Positions 12,476 to 21,772 of a stretch of DNA of 32,000 bases are shown here, piece after piece (position 1 is the stretch's first letter; each line of letters starts with the position of its first letter). A model generated the notes under the pieces. It was not told where the DNA came from, made no database searches, and worked only from the letters and a program-made list of their open reading frames with translations. Source of the stretch: Cupriavidus necator (GTDB taxonomy: Bacteria > Pseudomonadota > Gammaproteobacteria > Burkholderiales > Burkholderiaceae); contig NZ_CP066019.1 of the NCBI RefSeq assembly GCF_016127575.1, forward strand, positions 2,220,001 to 2,252,000, written 5' to 3'. A program made the translations under genes and the position numbers.

Positions 12476-13495
12476 ATGCAACCCGAATTACCCAACCGAC
12501 CCGCAGCGCCTGCGGCCGACAAGGACTACCTTGCCATGGTGCTGCTGGTGGACGACCAGGCCATGGTCGGCGAAGCGGTGCGCCGCGCGCTCTCCACCGA
12601 AGCCGACATCGACTTCCACTACTGCGCGCAGCCCGACGAGGCCGTGGCGGTGGCGCAGCGGACCAAGCCCACCGTGATCCTGCAGGACCTGGTGATGCCG
12701 GGCGTGGACGGCCTGACGCTGGTGCAGCGCTATCGCGAGAACCCCGCCACGCGCGACATCCCCATCATCGTGCTTTCGACCAAGGAAGATGCCGCGACCA
12801 AGGGCGCGGCGTTTGCCGCCGGCGCCAACGACTACCTGGTCAAGCTGCCCGACAGCATCGAGCTGATTGCGCGCATCCGCTACCACTCGCGCTCCTACCT
12901 GAACCAGCTGCAGCGCGACGAAGCCTATCGCGCGCTGCGGCAAAGCCAGCAACAACTGCTGGAAACCAACCTGGAGCTGCAGCGGCTGACCAATTCAGAC
13001 GGCCTGACCGGCTTGTCCAACCGGCGCTATTTCGATGAATACCTCGGCGCGGAATGGCGCCGCGCGCTGCGCGAGCAAACCCAGGTGGCGCTGCTGATGA
13101 TCGACGTCGACGCGTTCAAGGCCTACAACGACACCTACGGCCACGTCGCCGGAGACGAGGTGCTGCGCCGCGTGGCCGCTGTGATCCGCGACAATTGCGT
13201 GCGCCCCACCGACCTGCCCGCGCGTTTTGGCGGAGAGGAATTCGCCATGGTGCTGCCGGCGACCTCGCCAGGCGGCGTGCGGCTGCTGGCCGAAAAGGTG
13301 CGGCGCGCAGTGCAGGGGCTGGCCATTGCCCACGGCGGCTCCCCCACCGCCGACTGCGTCACCGTCAGCATCGGCGGCGCCGTGCTGGTGCCCCAGCCTG
13401 ACCAGGCGCCGAACCAGGTAGTGGAAGCCGCTGATGCAGGCCTCTACCAGGCCAAGCGCAATGGCCGCAACCAGGTGATGATGGCGCAAGGCTGA
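12476..13495 (+). CDS. wspR: Response-regulator diguanylate cyclase (REC-GGDEF), WspR
   Basis: - The receiver reads [16 protein letters not shown]...[17 protein letters not shown]...IIVLSTKE.
- A coiled-coil linker follows.
- The active site is GGEEF, with an RxxD I-site in [14 protein letters not shown].
- From memory, it closely resembles Pseudomonas WspR over its whole length.
- It is the last gene of the wsp order. Confidence 0.93.
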   Translation: MQPELPNRPAAPAADKDYLAMVLLVDDQAMVGEAVRRALSTEADIDFHYCAQPDEAVAVAQRTKPTVILQDLVMPGVDGLTLVQRYRENPATRDIPIIVLSTKEDAATKGAAFAAGANDYLVKLPDSIELIARIRYHSRSYLNQLQRDEAYRALRQSQQQLLETNLELQRLTNSDGLTGLSNRRYFDEYLGAEWRRALREQTQVALLMIDVDAFKAYNDTYGHVAGDEVLRRVAAVIRDNCVRPTDLPARFGGEEFAMVLPATSPGGVRLLAEKVRRAVQGLAIAHGGSPTADCVTVSIGGAVLVPQPDQAPNQVVEAADAGLYQAKRNGRNQVMMAQG

Positions 13496-13830
13496 GTCAC
13501 TGCAGCAGCACAGCCGCAACAACCAGTTACACACTGGCGGCCACCGGCCAACCGGGCCACCAGCCCGGCCAACGTCCCGCCAGGCCCCGCACCTGCGGGC
13601 CTGGCCGGCCCCGCCACGCACGCACGCGTCACCGCTTGTCGGAATTGTCCGACATGCGATTCGGAGCCCCGCGCCTGTCTCGCCCCTGGGTTGATACCTA
13701 TCGTTGCATCACGACAGGTGCAATCGCTGCGCCTGCAACAACAGACAGCCAACTGGCCACGCGACCGGCGCGCCCCCGCGCGGGCATGGGCCAGATCGTC
13801 TCTGACTCCTCCAACAGCAAGAGGTGACCC

Positions 13831-14610
13831 ATGTTCCGATCCAAGACCCTGTTTATCGGCCTCGCGTTAGCTGCCACTGCAGTCCTGACTGCCTGCGGCG
13901 GCGGTGATGACGGCATCGACGACCGCATCGGGCTGAGCAAGCCGACGATCCGCGTGATCCACGCCATCACCGGCGGCCCGAACGTCGACGTGCTGCAGAA
14001 CGGCACCCTGACCAGCTTCGTGAACAAGCCTTACAAGTTCGTCTCGACCTACTTCAATGTCGAAACCGGCAACCAGCTGATCTCCTTCAACACGGCTGGC
14101 ACGCAGACGGAACTGGGCCGCGCCACCCTGACCGCCGCCACCGGCCACAAATACACCGTGGTCGCGCTGCCGGGTGCGAGCTCCGCTGAAACGCTGACGA
14201 TCGACGATCCGTTCGAGAAGGGCCTGCTGTCGCACAAGGCACGCGTGCGCAGCCTGAACGCCTCGTTCAATGCGCAGAACATTGACATCTACCTGACCTT
14301 GCCGGCCATCGACCTGAACTCGGTGGGCCCGACCTTCGCCAACGTGGGCTACAAGCAGGCTGTGCCAGCCTCGGGCACCGACTCGATCGACGTGGATGGC
14401 AACACCACCTACCGCCTGCGCATCACCACCGCGGGGACCAAGACCGTGATCTTCGATTCCGGCGCACTGACCCTGGCCAACAACGCTGACTGGCTGATCA
14501 CCACGATCCCGGTGGATGGCATTGCCGGCCTGACGCCGAACAAGATCAAGGTGCTGGTGGCACGCGGCGATGATGAGTCGCAAGCTGGTCTTGAACTCGT
14601 AACGCAGTAA
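13831..14610 (+). CDS. DUF4397-like lipoprotein
   Basis: It has a lipoprotein signal with a lipobox (MFRSKTLFIGLALAATAVLTAC|GGGDD). The repeated beta-rich modules (IRVIHAITGGPNVDVLQNG..., VRSLNASFNAQNIDIYL...) are typical of DUF4397. An SD (aagagg) sits upstream and a terminator downstream. Confidence 0.75.
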   Translation: MFRSKTLFIGLALAATAVLTACGGGDDGIDDRIGLSKPTIRVIHAITGGPNVDVLQNGTLTSFVNKPYKFVSTYFNVETGNQLISFNTAGTQTELGRATLTAATGHKYTVVALPGASSAETLTIDDPFEKGLLSHKARVRSLNASFNAQNIDIYLTLPAIDLNSVGPTFANVGYKQAVPASGTDSIDVDGNTTYRLRITTAGTKTVIFDSGALTLANNADWLITTIPVDGIAGLTPNKIKVLVARGDDESQAGLELVTQ

Positions 14611-14652
14611 CAGCGTGCTTGCAGCTGCCTGCGGCAGGCGGGCAGCATGCAG

Positions 14653-14681
14653 AAGGCCGGTCCGATGGGCCGGCCTTTTTT
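14653..14681 (+). terminator. Rho-independent terminator after the DUF4397 gene
   Basis: Stem aaggccgg (14653-14660) / ccggcctt (14670-14677) followed by a T run to 14681. Confidence 0.7.
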
Positions 14682-14707
14682 GTCTGACGGGTGGCAGCTG
14701 ACTGCCC

Positions 14708-15010
14708 CTACTCTTCTGCCCCCGGCTCCAGCTCCGCCTTCAGCACCGCCAGGTGCGACATATAAGCCTCCAGCTCCGCCCGCCCCTGCTCGGTGATGCA
14801 ATAGACGCGGCCACAGCCTTCAACCAGCTCGGCAGTAATGGCCCGCGCCATCATCAGGCTGCGCAGGATCGGCCGCAACGAGCGGATATTCTTGTCGATG
14901 CCGCGCTCGCGCAGCCGGTCGACCAGGCTCAGGACCGTGGACGGGCTCGACTGCACAAGCTTGAGCACATGGATGCGTGAGAAAAGCCGGTCAAAGATGG
15001 GCGGTTTCAT
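14708..15010 (-). CDS. Small winged-helix (HTH_34/PadR/ArsR-like) DNA-binding protein
   Basis: About 100 aa: MKPPIFDRLFSRIHVLKLVQSSPSTVLSLVDRLRERG...RVYCITEQGRAELEAYMSHLAVLKAEL. The pattern is helix-turn-helix, wing, then a C-terminal helix. The maximal ORF extends to 15136, but the tctA terminator hairpin at 15133-15164 argues for an internal start (15010, or 15055/15052). No clear SD. Confidence 0.5.
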   Translation of the reverse strand: MKPPIFDRLFSRIHVLKLVQSSPSTVLSLVDRLRERGIDKNIRSLRPILRSLMMARAITAELVEGCGRVYCITEQGRAELEAYMSHLAVLKAELEPGAEE

Positions 15011-15132
15011 GGGCGCTGTCGGCGCACCCGATGGTGCGGGAATCCTGATCATCATGCGCAGCCCATGACTGCTGCCGCAGTCGGGCGCTCTCTGGTCTTG
15101 ATGGCGGGCGGATACGCGATCGGCCCGCGAAA

Positions 15133-15164
15133 GCAAACGGGGTGCGCGAAGGCACCCCGTTTGC
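15133..15164 (-). terminator. Terminator hairpin downstream of tctA
   Basis: Perfect 13-bp stem gcaaacggggtgc (15133-15145) / gcaccccgtttgc (15152-15164) with a 6-nt loop. It is followed on the - strand by TTTCG only, so the T tract is weak. Confidence 0.55.
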
Positions 15165-15227
15165 TTGCGTTGCGTGCGCCGGCCGGCATCAAACAGGCCG
15201 GCGCCCTTCCGGGGAGCGCGCGTGGCG

Positions 15228-16730
15228 CTATTCTTCCTGGAACGCTTCTTCGCGCTTGGCCTTGATCGACGGCAGCGCCACTACTGCAACCAGGGCAGCG
15301 GCTGCGATCAGCAGTCCGACCGACAGCGGCCGGGTCACGAACACGGTGAAGTCACCACGCGACAGCAGCAGCGTGCGGCGGAAGTTCTCTTCCATCATCG
15401 GCCCCAGCACGAAGCCCAGCAGCAGCGGAGCGGGTTCGCAGCGCAGCTTCAGGAACAGGTAGCCGATGATGCCAAAGCCGGCGGCCATGAACACGTCGAA
15501 GGTCTGGTTGTTGACTGAGTACACGCCAATGCCGCAGAACACCAGGATCGCCGGGTACAGGAAGCGGTACGGCACGGTCAGCAGCTTCACCCAGATGCCG
15601 ATCATCGGCAGGTTCAGGATGATCAGCATCAGGTTGCCGATCCACATCGAGGCGATCAGGCCCCAGAACAGCGCCGGGTTGCTGGTCATCACCTGCGGGC
15701 CGGGCTGGATGTTGTGGATGGTCATCGCACCCACCATCAGCGCCATCACCGCGTTGGGCGGAATGCCCAGCGTCAGCAGCGGGATGAACGAGGTTTGTGC
15801 CGCGGCGTTGTTGGCAGACTCCGGACCTGCCACGCCTTCGATCGCGCCCTTGCCGAATTCATGTGCGTACTTGGAGGTCTTCTTCTCCAGCGAGTACGCC
15901 GCGAACGAGGCCAGCGCCGCGCCACCACCGGGCAGGATGCCAAGCGCGGAGCCCAGCGCGGTGCCGCGCAGCACAGCCGGGATCATGCGCCTGAAGTCTT
16001 CCCTGGTCGGGAACAGGTTGGTCACGCGGTTGGTGAAGGTCTCGCGCGCTTCCTTCTGCTCCAGGTTGGCGATGATCTCGGCAAAGCCGAACATGCCCAT
16101 GGCCAGCGCCACGAAGTCGATGCCATCGGTCAGTTCCGGCACATCGAATGAGAAGCGCGCCGCGCCCGAGTTCACGTCGGTGCCGATCAGGCCCAGCAAC
16201 AGCCCCAGCACGATCATCGAGATCGCCTTGGGCAGCGACCCCGAGGCCAGCACCACGGCGCCGATCAGGCCCAGCACCATCAGCGAGAAGTATTCGGCAG
16301 GGCCGAACTTGAACGCCAGTTCAGACAGCGGCGTGGCAAAGGCTGCCAGGATCAGGGTGGCCACGCAGCCGGCAAAGAACGAGCCCAGGCCGGCGGTGGC
16401 CAGCGCCACCCCCGCTCGTCCTCGCCTTGCCATCTGGTAGCCGTCGATGGTGGTCACCACCGATGACGATTCGCCAGGCAGGTTGACCAGGATGGCGGTG
16501 GTCGAACCGCCGTACTGGGCGCCGTAGTAGATGCCGGCCAGCATGATCAGCGCGGCCACCGGCGGCAGCGTGTAGGTGATCGGCAGCAGCATGGCGATGG
16601 TGGCCAGCGGCCCCAGGCCCGGCAGCACGCCGATCAGGGTACCCAGCACGCAGCCCAGGAAGGCGTAGGCCAGGTTCTGCAGCGACAGGGCCGTGGAAAA
16701 GCCCAGCGCAAGGTGATCAAACAATTCCAT
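15228..16730 (-). CDS. tctA: Tripartite tricarboxylate transporter large permease TctA
   Basis: 500-aa polytopic membrane protein with the typical TctA N-terminus MELFDHLALGFSTALSLQNLAYAFLGCVLGTLIGVLPGLGP. It lies 12 nt downstream of a TctB-like gene. Confidence 0.9.
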   Translation of the reverse strand: MELFDHLALGFSTALSLQNLAYAFLGCVLGTLIGVLPGLGPLATIAMLLPITYTLPPVAALIMLAGIYYGAQYGGSTTAILVNLPGESSSVVTTIDGYQMARRGRAGVALATAGLGSFFAGCVATLILAAFATPLSELAFKFGPAEYFSLMVLGLIGAVVLASGSLPKAISMIVLGLLLGLIGTDVNSGAARFSFDVPELTDGIDFVALAMGMFGFAEIIANLEQKEARETFTNRVTNLFPTREDFRRMIPAVLRGTALGSALGILPGGGAALASFAAYSLEKKTSKYAHEFGKGAIEGVAGPESANNAAAQTSFIPLLTLGIPPNAVMALMVGAMTIHNIQPGPQVMTSNPALFWGLIASMWIGNLMLIILNLPMIGIWVKLLTVPYRFLYPAILVFCGIGVYSVNNQTFDVFMAAGFGIIGYLFLKLRCEPAPLLLGFVLGPMMEENFRRTLLLSRGDFTVFVTRPLSVGLLIAAAALVAVVALPSIKAKREEAFQEE

Positions 16731-16742
16731 GGTCGGCGCTCC

Positions 16743-17219
16743 TTAACCGGTGATAAAGGCCGGCCACACCGGCATCTGCAGGTTGATGCCGTAGACGAAT
16801 GCGCCAAGGCTGATCAGCACCAGCACCACGGCGTTGAGCAGCGCGCCCTTCCAGCTGAATTCATGGCTGGCCATCGACGACACCATCACCAGCACGAACA
16901 CCGACAGCACCATGCCCAGCGGCTTGAGCAGCAGGCCGAACAGCACCACCGAACCGAGGATCCACAGCAGCGTCTTCAGGTCCCAGCGCGCCAGATGGTC
17001 TTCCTCGCCCTTGGGCGACAGCGAGGACAGCAGCACCACCGCCCCCAGCACTGCCAGCACCAGTCCCAGCAGGAATGGAAAATATCCGGGTCCCATCTTC
17101 GCGGCCGTTCCCATGGAATAGCCGCGAGCGACCCAGGAAAAGCCCAGACCGACCAGAACGAACATCAGGCCGGAGGCAAAGTCCTTTTGGCTGCGTATGC
17201 GCAAAACGATTCTCCTCAA
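16743..17219 (-). CDS. tctB: Tripartite tricarboxylate transporter small subunit TctB
   Basis: 158 aa with 4 predicted TM segments, immediately upstream of tctA. Size and topology fit the TctB family. Confidence 0.8.
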   Translation of the reverse strand: MRRIVLRIRSQKDFASGLMFVLVGLGFSWVARGYSMGTAAKMGPGYFPFLLGLVLAVLGAVVLLSSLSPKGEEDHLARWDLKTLLWILGSVVLFGLLLKPLGMVLSVFVLVMVSSMASHEFSWKGALLNAVVLVLISLGAFVYGINLQMPVWPAFITG

Positions 17220-17348
17220 AGTTCACGAAATGCCATGCCGGGGACGCACTGGCTCGAGCGGCAAGGCATGCGGCGCGCATGCTCCCCGACGGTTGACCCG
17301 AACCTTAGAGACGTGATCTTTCAGGTGCCTTTCATTTGTCTTGGTTTA

Positions 17349-17368
17349 GGGGTATTCACCGATACCCC
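17349..17368. promoter_or_regulatory. Inverted repeat ggggtat-N6-atacccc in the AT-rich region upstream of tctB
   Basis: Perfect 7-bp arms (8 bp with the flanking a/t) about 130-150 nt upstream of the tctB start. Possible operator; function unknown. Confidence 0.2.
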
Positions 17369-17400
17369 TTGGAAACAAGGGCAAATCCAGCCTATTTACG

Positions 17401-17427
17401 AAAAAAATACATCACAACGTGATGTAT
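17401..17427 (-). terminator. AT-rich hairpin plus T6; possible terminator for the MATE gene, or an operator
   Basis: Perfect 9-bp arms atacatcac (17407-17415) / gtgatgtat (17419-17427) with a 3-nt loop, followed on the - strand by TTTTTT (17401-17406). The stem is AT-rich and lies about 220 nt beyond the MATE stop, so the call is uncertain. Confidence 0.35.
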
Positions 17428-17647
17428 CTCTTGGTGAAGAATCCGGAAGAAAAGTCGACGGGAATGTCAGGCGAACAAGACGGCACGCGCACTTGCATCA
17501 AGGCAAGGCGCGGCCGGAAGGATGCGCGCCTGCTCTGGCCAGGCAGGCGACGCGTGCGCTGGGAGGGAGTGCCAGCGATGACACGATGACACACCGATCT
17601 TTCGAATGGCTTTCAAAGCCGGCGGCACGATCGCGGGCCGCTGCAGC

Positions 17648-19138
17648 TCAGCGCACGACTGCGGGCTCGGGCGTTGCAGAGGCGGTCTCCTCGACGACCT
17701 CGCCCGCGTCTTCGCAGGGCGTTCCCATGCTGGTATCGGGCGCCTGCCCCACGGCTTGCGCCGGGTGCGGCACGGTGGGCAGGATATGGCTGCGGCGCCA
17801 GTTGCCGAAGCGGTAGTAGCCGGCCGCCAGCACCAGCGACACCACCGAGCCCAGCGGAAAGCTCCACCAGATCGCCTCGGCGCCGATGCGCGGTCCCAGC
17901 AACCACGCGAACGGCAGCCGGATCACCCACATCGACAGGAACAGGATCACCAGCGGCGCCATCACCGCGCCGGTGGCGCGCACCGTGCCGAAGATGACGA
18001 TGGTGAAGCCAAACAGGATGAACGACCACAGCACCACCACGTTGATATGCTGCGCGATGCCGATGGCGACGCCGTCAGTGCCCAGGAACAGCCCCAGCGG
18101 ATGCCGGTTGAACAGATAGATCAGCGCGACCAGCGCACCGGTCATCACCACATTGATCAGCAGCCCCACGCGCGTGATGCGCGACACCCGCTGCCACAGT
18201 CCGGCGCCGACGTTCTGCGCCACCATCGATGACACGCTCGCGCCTACCGCCAGCGCGGGCATCTGCACATAGGTCCACAGCTGCGAGGCCACGCCGTAGG
18301 CGGCGGTGGTCTGCGAGCCATAGGCATTGACCAGCGCCATCATCACGATCGCCGACGACGAGATCACCACCATCTGCAGGCCCATCGGCAAGCCCTTGAC
18401 CACCAGTGCCCGCAGGATTGCCGGATCAGGCCGCAGCAGTGCAAGCTGGCCACGGTGCAGCAGCAGGAAATGGTGGCGCCGGTACAGCAGCACCATCATC
18501 GCCGCCAGGCTCGCCAGTTGTGCCATCAGCGTGGCCAGCGCCGAGCCCGCGATACCCAGCGGCGGGACCGGGCCCATACCGAAGATCAGCACCGGGTTGA
18601 GCGCCACGTCCAGCACCACCGACAACAGCATGAACCAGAACGGCGTGCGCGAATCGCCCGCGCCGCGCAGCGTCATCATCACGAAGTTGTAGAAGTACAT
18701 GAATGGCAGCGCCAGGAAGATGATGCGCAGGTAGCTCACCGCCAGCGGCGCGGCGTCTTCCGGCGTGTGCATCGCCGCGAGGATGGCCGGCGTATAGAAA
18801 TAGCCCAGCGCCGAGGCCAGCACCGACAGCCCGACAAAGAAGGTGGTGCTGGTGCCGACCACGCGACGCGCCTCGTCCAGGTCGCGCGCGCCCACGGCCT
18901 GTCCGATCATGATGGTGTTGGCCATGCTGATACCGAACACCACGCCCAGCAGGAAGAACAGAATGATGTTGGCGTTGGAGGTTGCCGTCAGCGCGGCCTC
19001 GCCCAGGAAGCGGCCGACCCAGACCGAATTGATCGAGGCGTTCAGCGACTGCAGGATGTTGCTGCCGAGCACCGGCAGCGAGAACAGCAGCAGGGTGCGG
19101 CCGATCGGGCCGGTGGTCAGTCTGGCGTCTGGCTTCAT
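17648..19138 (-). CDS. MATE family efflux transporter
   Basis: 496 aa with about 12 TM segments. The N-terminus GPIGRTLLLFSLPVLGSNILQSLNASINSVWVGRFLGEAALTA is characteristic of MATE (NorM/DinF-like) pumps. Confidence 0.88.
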   Translation of the reverse strand: MKPDARLTTGPIGRTLLLFSLPVLGSNILQSLNASINSVWVGRFLGEAALTATSNANIILFFLLGVVFGISMANTIMIGQAVGARDLDEARRVVGTSTTFFVGLSVLASALGYFYTPAILAAMHTPEDAAPLAVSYLRIIFLALPFMYFYNFVMMTLRGAGDSRTPFWFMLLSVVLDVALNPVLIFGMGPVPPLGIAGSALATLMAQLASLAAMMVLLYRRHHFLLLHRGQLALLRPDPAILRALVVKGLPMGLQMVVISSSAIVMMALVNAYGSQTTAAYGVASQLWTYVQMPALAVGASVSSMVAQNVGAGLWQRVSRITRVGLLINVVMTGALVALIYLFNRHPLGLFLGTDGVAIGIAQHINVVVLWSFILFGFTIVIFGTVRATGAVMAPLVILFLSMWVIRLPFAWLLGPRIGAEAIWWSFPLGSVVSLVLAAGYYRFGNWRRSHILPTVPHPAQAVGQAPDTSMGTPCEDAGEVVEETASATPEPAVVR

Positions 19139-19367
19139 GAGGCGTCGCGCATGGGGAAATCCGGCCAGTCTATTCCTGCCCGGAGGCAGCTACAAGGACA
19201 CACGGCCGGCACGGCGCCGTGCTTTTTACCTGAATGAGTTATTCCCCTCCGGTTGCGGCCCCCTGCATACTCGGCACGGGACCACCGCGTCCTAGGCCGG
19301 CTGCCGGAAGCAATGCCCGGCATGCGCGTGCGCCCTTCAGTCGCAGTCAAAACGAGGAGGTGGGGTC

Positions 19368-20156
19368 ATGTTTGTCGGTTTCCAGCCTGTTTCCGGCGCC
19401 CTGGTGCCGTTTGCCTATGACTGGCCGATGGTGGGCCTGTCGTTCCTGATCTCTGTCTGCGGCGCCTACGTGGGCCTGCGCTGGTCGCGGCGCGTGCGCA
19501 TGCCCGACGGCCGCCTGGACGTGGACCGGCTGTTGTGCGCCAGCGTGGCGCTGGGCGGCGGCGCGGTCTGGTCGATGCATTTCATCGGCATGGTGGCCTA
19601 CCAGACCCCGACGCACCGCGAGTTCGGACTGTTCATGACGCTGGCTTCGCTGGTGGTCGTGATGGTGCTGGCCGGCGCCGGACTGGCGATCGCCTCGCGC
19701 CCGCGCGGCAGCCGTACCGACAACGTGATCAAGGGCGGCGTGCTGACCGGGCTGGGCGTGGTGGCGATGCACTACACCGGCATGGCCGCGATCCGCTCCA
19801 ACACCCGCTTCGACTGGGACCTGGCCATCATCGGGCTGTCGGTGGTGATCGCCGTGGTGGTGTCGGTGGTGGCGCTGTGGCTGGCCACCACGGTGAAGAC
19901 CCGCGGCAAGCAGCTGGCAGCTGCAGTGGTCATGGGCGTCGCCGTCTGCGGCATGCACTACACCGGCATGTCTGCGGGCACCATGATCTGCACCAGCCCG
20001 ACCTACGCGCCCAGCCTGTTCGCCATCGAGGGCGACAGCATCGGCTATGCGGTGTTCGGCCTGACGCTGATCACGCTGCTCGTGATCCTGGTGGTGGAAG
20101 CCACCCGCACCGGGGCTGAAGTCGTGCCGGTGGCGCGCACGCGCGATGCCGCCTGA
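19368..20156 (+). CDS. Stand-alone MHYT-domain membrane protein (putative gas/redox sensor module with no output domain)
   Basis: 262 aa with three MHYT-type motifs in successive TM pairs: [16 protein letters not shown] and CGMHYTGM. Only a short C-terminal tail follows. Strong SD (gaggagg) 7 nt upstream of ATG 19368. Confidence 0.85.
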   Translation: MFVGFQPVSGALVPFAYDWPMVGLSFLISVCGAYVGLRWSRRVRMPDGRLDVDRLLCASVALGGGAVWSMHFIGMVAYQTPTHREFGLFMTLASLVVVMVLAGAGLAIASRPRGSRTDNVIKGGVLTGLGVVAMHYTGMAAIRSNTRFDWDLAIIGLSVVIAVVVSVVALWLATTVKTRGKQLAAAVVMGVAVCGMHYTGMSAGTMICTSPTYAPSLFAIEGDSIGYAVFGLTLITLLVILVVEATRTGAEVVPVARTRDAA

Positions 20157-20278
20157 CATCGGCTGAACCGGCCGCGGGGACATTCCCGCACATTCCTCCT
20201 GGGAACACACCCGGCGCGCTGCATGAACGCGGCCGCCGGGTTAAGCTTGCGGTTTCACCGCCCACCAGGAGAACACAC

Positions 20279-21706
20279 ATGTACCAGGATCTCGCCCTCT
20301 ATATCGACGGAGAATTCATCAAGGGAGGCGACCGGCGCGAGCAGGATGTCATCAACCCGGCCACGCAGGAAGTGCTGGGCAAGCTGCCGCACGCCAGCCG
20401 CGCCGACCTGGACCGCGCGCTGGCCGCCGCGCAGCGCGCCTTTGAAACCTGGAAGAAGACCTCGCCGCTGGAGCGCGCCAGGATCCTGCGCCGCGTGGGC
20501 GAGCTCACCCGCGAGCGCGCCAAGGAGATCGGCCGCAATATCACGCTGGACCAGGGCAAGCCGCTGGCCGAAGCCGTCGGCGAAGTGATGGTCTGCGCCG
20601 AGCACGCCGACTGGCATGCCGAGGAATGCCGCCGCATCTACGGCCGCGTGATCCCGCCGCGCCAGCCCAATGTGCGCCAGATCGTGGTGCGCGAGCCGAT
20701 CGGCGTGTGCGCCGCCTTCACGCCGTGGAACTTCCCGTTCAACCAGGCCATCCGCAAGATCGTGTCGGCGCTGGGCGCGGGCTGCACGCTGATCCTGAAG
20801 GGGCCGGAAGACTCGCCCAGCGCGGTGGTGGCGCTGGCGCAGCTGTTCCATGATGCGGGCCTGCCCCCGGGCGTGCTCAACATCGTCTGGGGCGTGCCCA
20901 GCGAGGTCTCGACCTACCTGATCGAATCGCCGATCGTGCGCAAGATTTCATTCACCGGCTCGGTGCCGGTGGGCAAGCAGCTGGCGGCGCTGGCCGGCGC
21001 GCATATGAAGCGCGTGACCATGGAGCTGGGCGGCCATTCGCCGGTGCTGGTGTTCGACGACGCCGACATCGACCCCGCCGCCGAGATGCTGGCGCGCTTC
21101 AAGCTGCGCAATGCCGGCCAGGTATGCGTGTCGCCGACGCGCTTCTATGTCCAGGAGAAAGCCTATGACCGCTTCCTGGCGCGCTTTACCGAGGTGATCG
21201 GCTCGATCAAGGTCGGCAACGGCCTGGAGGACGGCACCCAGATGGGGCCGCTGGCGCATGAGCGCCGCGTGCTGTCAATGGAGCAGTTCCTGGACGATGC
21301 CAGCCAGCGTGGCGGCAAGGTGGTGGCAGGCGGCTCGCGCCTGGGGGACAAGGGCTATTTCTTCGCGCCCACCGTGGTCACCGACCTGCCCGACGACTCG
21401 CGTCTGATGACCGACGAGCCGTTCGGCCCGGTGGCGCCCGTGACGCGCTTCAAGGACACGGCCGAGGTGCTGCGCCGCGCCAACAGCCTGCCCTTTGGCC
21501 TGGCCTCGTATGTGTTCACCAACTCGCTGAAGACCGCGACCGAAGTATCCAACGGCCTGGAAGCCGGCATGGTCAACATCAACCACTTCGGCATGGCGCT
21601 GGCCGAGACCCCGTTCGGGGGCATCAAGGATTCGGGCATCGGCAGCGAAGGCGGCCAGGAGACCTTCGATGGCTACCTGGTAACCAAGTTCATCACCCAG
21701 GCCTGA
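20279..21706 (+). CDS. NAD(P)+-dependent aldehyde dehydrogenase (succinate-/ketoglutarate-semialdehyde dehydrogenase-like)
   Basis: 475 aa. It has the ALDH catalytic Glu motif MELGGHSP, the catalytic Cys motif [14 protein letters not shown], and the cofactor motif [10 protein letters not shown] (caggag) upstream. Confidence 0.9.
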   Translation: MYQDLALYIDGEFIKGGDRREQDVINPATQEVLGKLPHASRADLDRALAAAQRAFETWKKTSPLERARILRRVGELTRERAKEIGRNITLDQGKPLAEAVGEVMVCAEHADWHAEECRRIYGRVIPPRQPNVRQIVVREPIGVCAAFTPWNFPFNQAIRKIVSALGAGCTLILKGPEDSPSAVVALAQLFHDAGLPPGVLNIVWGVPSEVSTYLIESPIVRKISFTGSVPVGKQLAALAGAHMKRVTMELGGHSPVLVFDDADIDPAAEMLARFKLRNAGQVCVSPTRFYVQEKAYDRFLARFTEVIGSIKVGNGLEDGTQMGPLAHERRVLSMEQFLDDASQRGGKVVAGGSRLGDKGYFFAPTVVTDLPDDSRLMTDEPFGPVAPVTRFKDTAEVLRRANSLPFGLASYVFTNSLKTATEVSNGLEAGMVNINHFGMALAETPFGGIKDSGIGSEGGQETFDGYLVTKFITQA

Positions 21707-21772
21707 GCGCCCGGGCGCGGTGCAAGGCGGCTTGCCGCCGGCTCCCTCCCCGGGGCCGGCGGCGCCTCCCCG

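Noticed and set aside
13496-13830. Possible c-di-GMP riboswitch (GEMM) in the leader of the DUF4397 gene downstream of wspR
   Set aside because: By eye I could not find the conserved GEMM-I core elements (GGCAAA... / ...ACGCAAAGC-type tetraloop-receptor segments). A covariance-model scan (Rfam RF01051, RF01786) would be needed to overturn this.
17412-17594. 60-aa - strand ORF in the MATE/tctB intergenic region; also the 63-aa + strand ORF at 13636-13827
   Set aside because: Neither has an SD-like sequence. Both have Arg/Pro/Ser-rich composition and no hydrophobic or domain pattern. They are most likely chance ORFs.
19209-19227. Short hairpin gcacgg-cg-ccgtgc followed by TTTTT on the + strand, about 140 nt upstream of the MHYT gene
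   Set aside because: The effective stem is only 4-6 bp with a cramped loop, and no upstream + strand gene exists for it to terminate. It could be a leader element, but the sequence evidence alone is insufficient.
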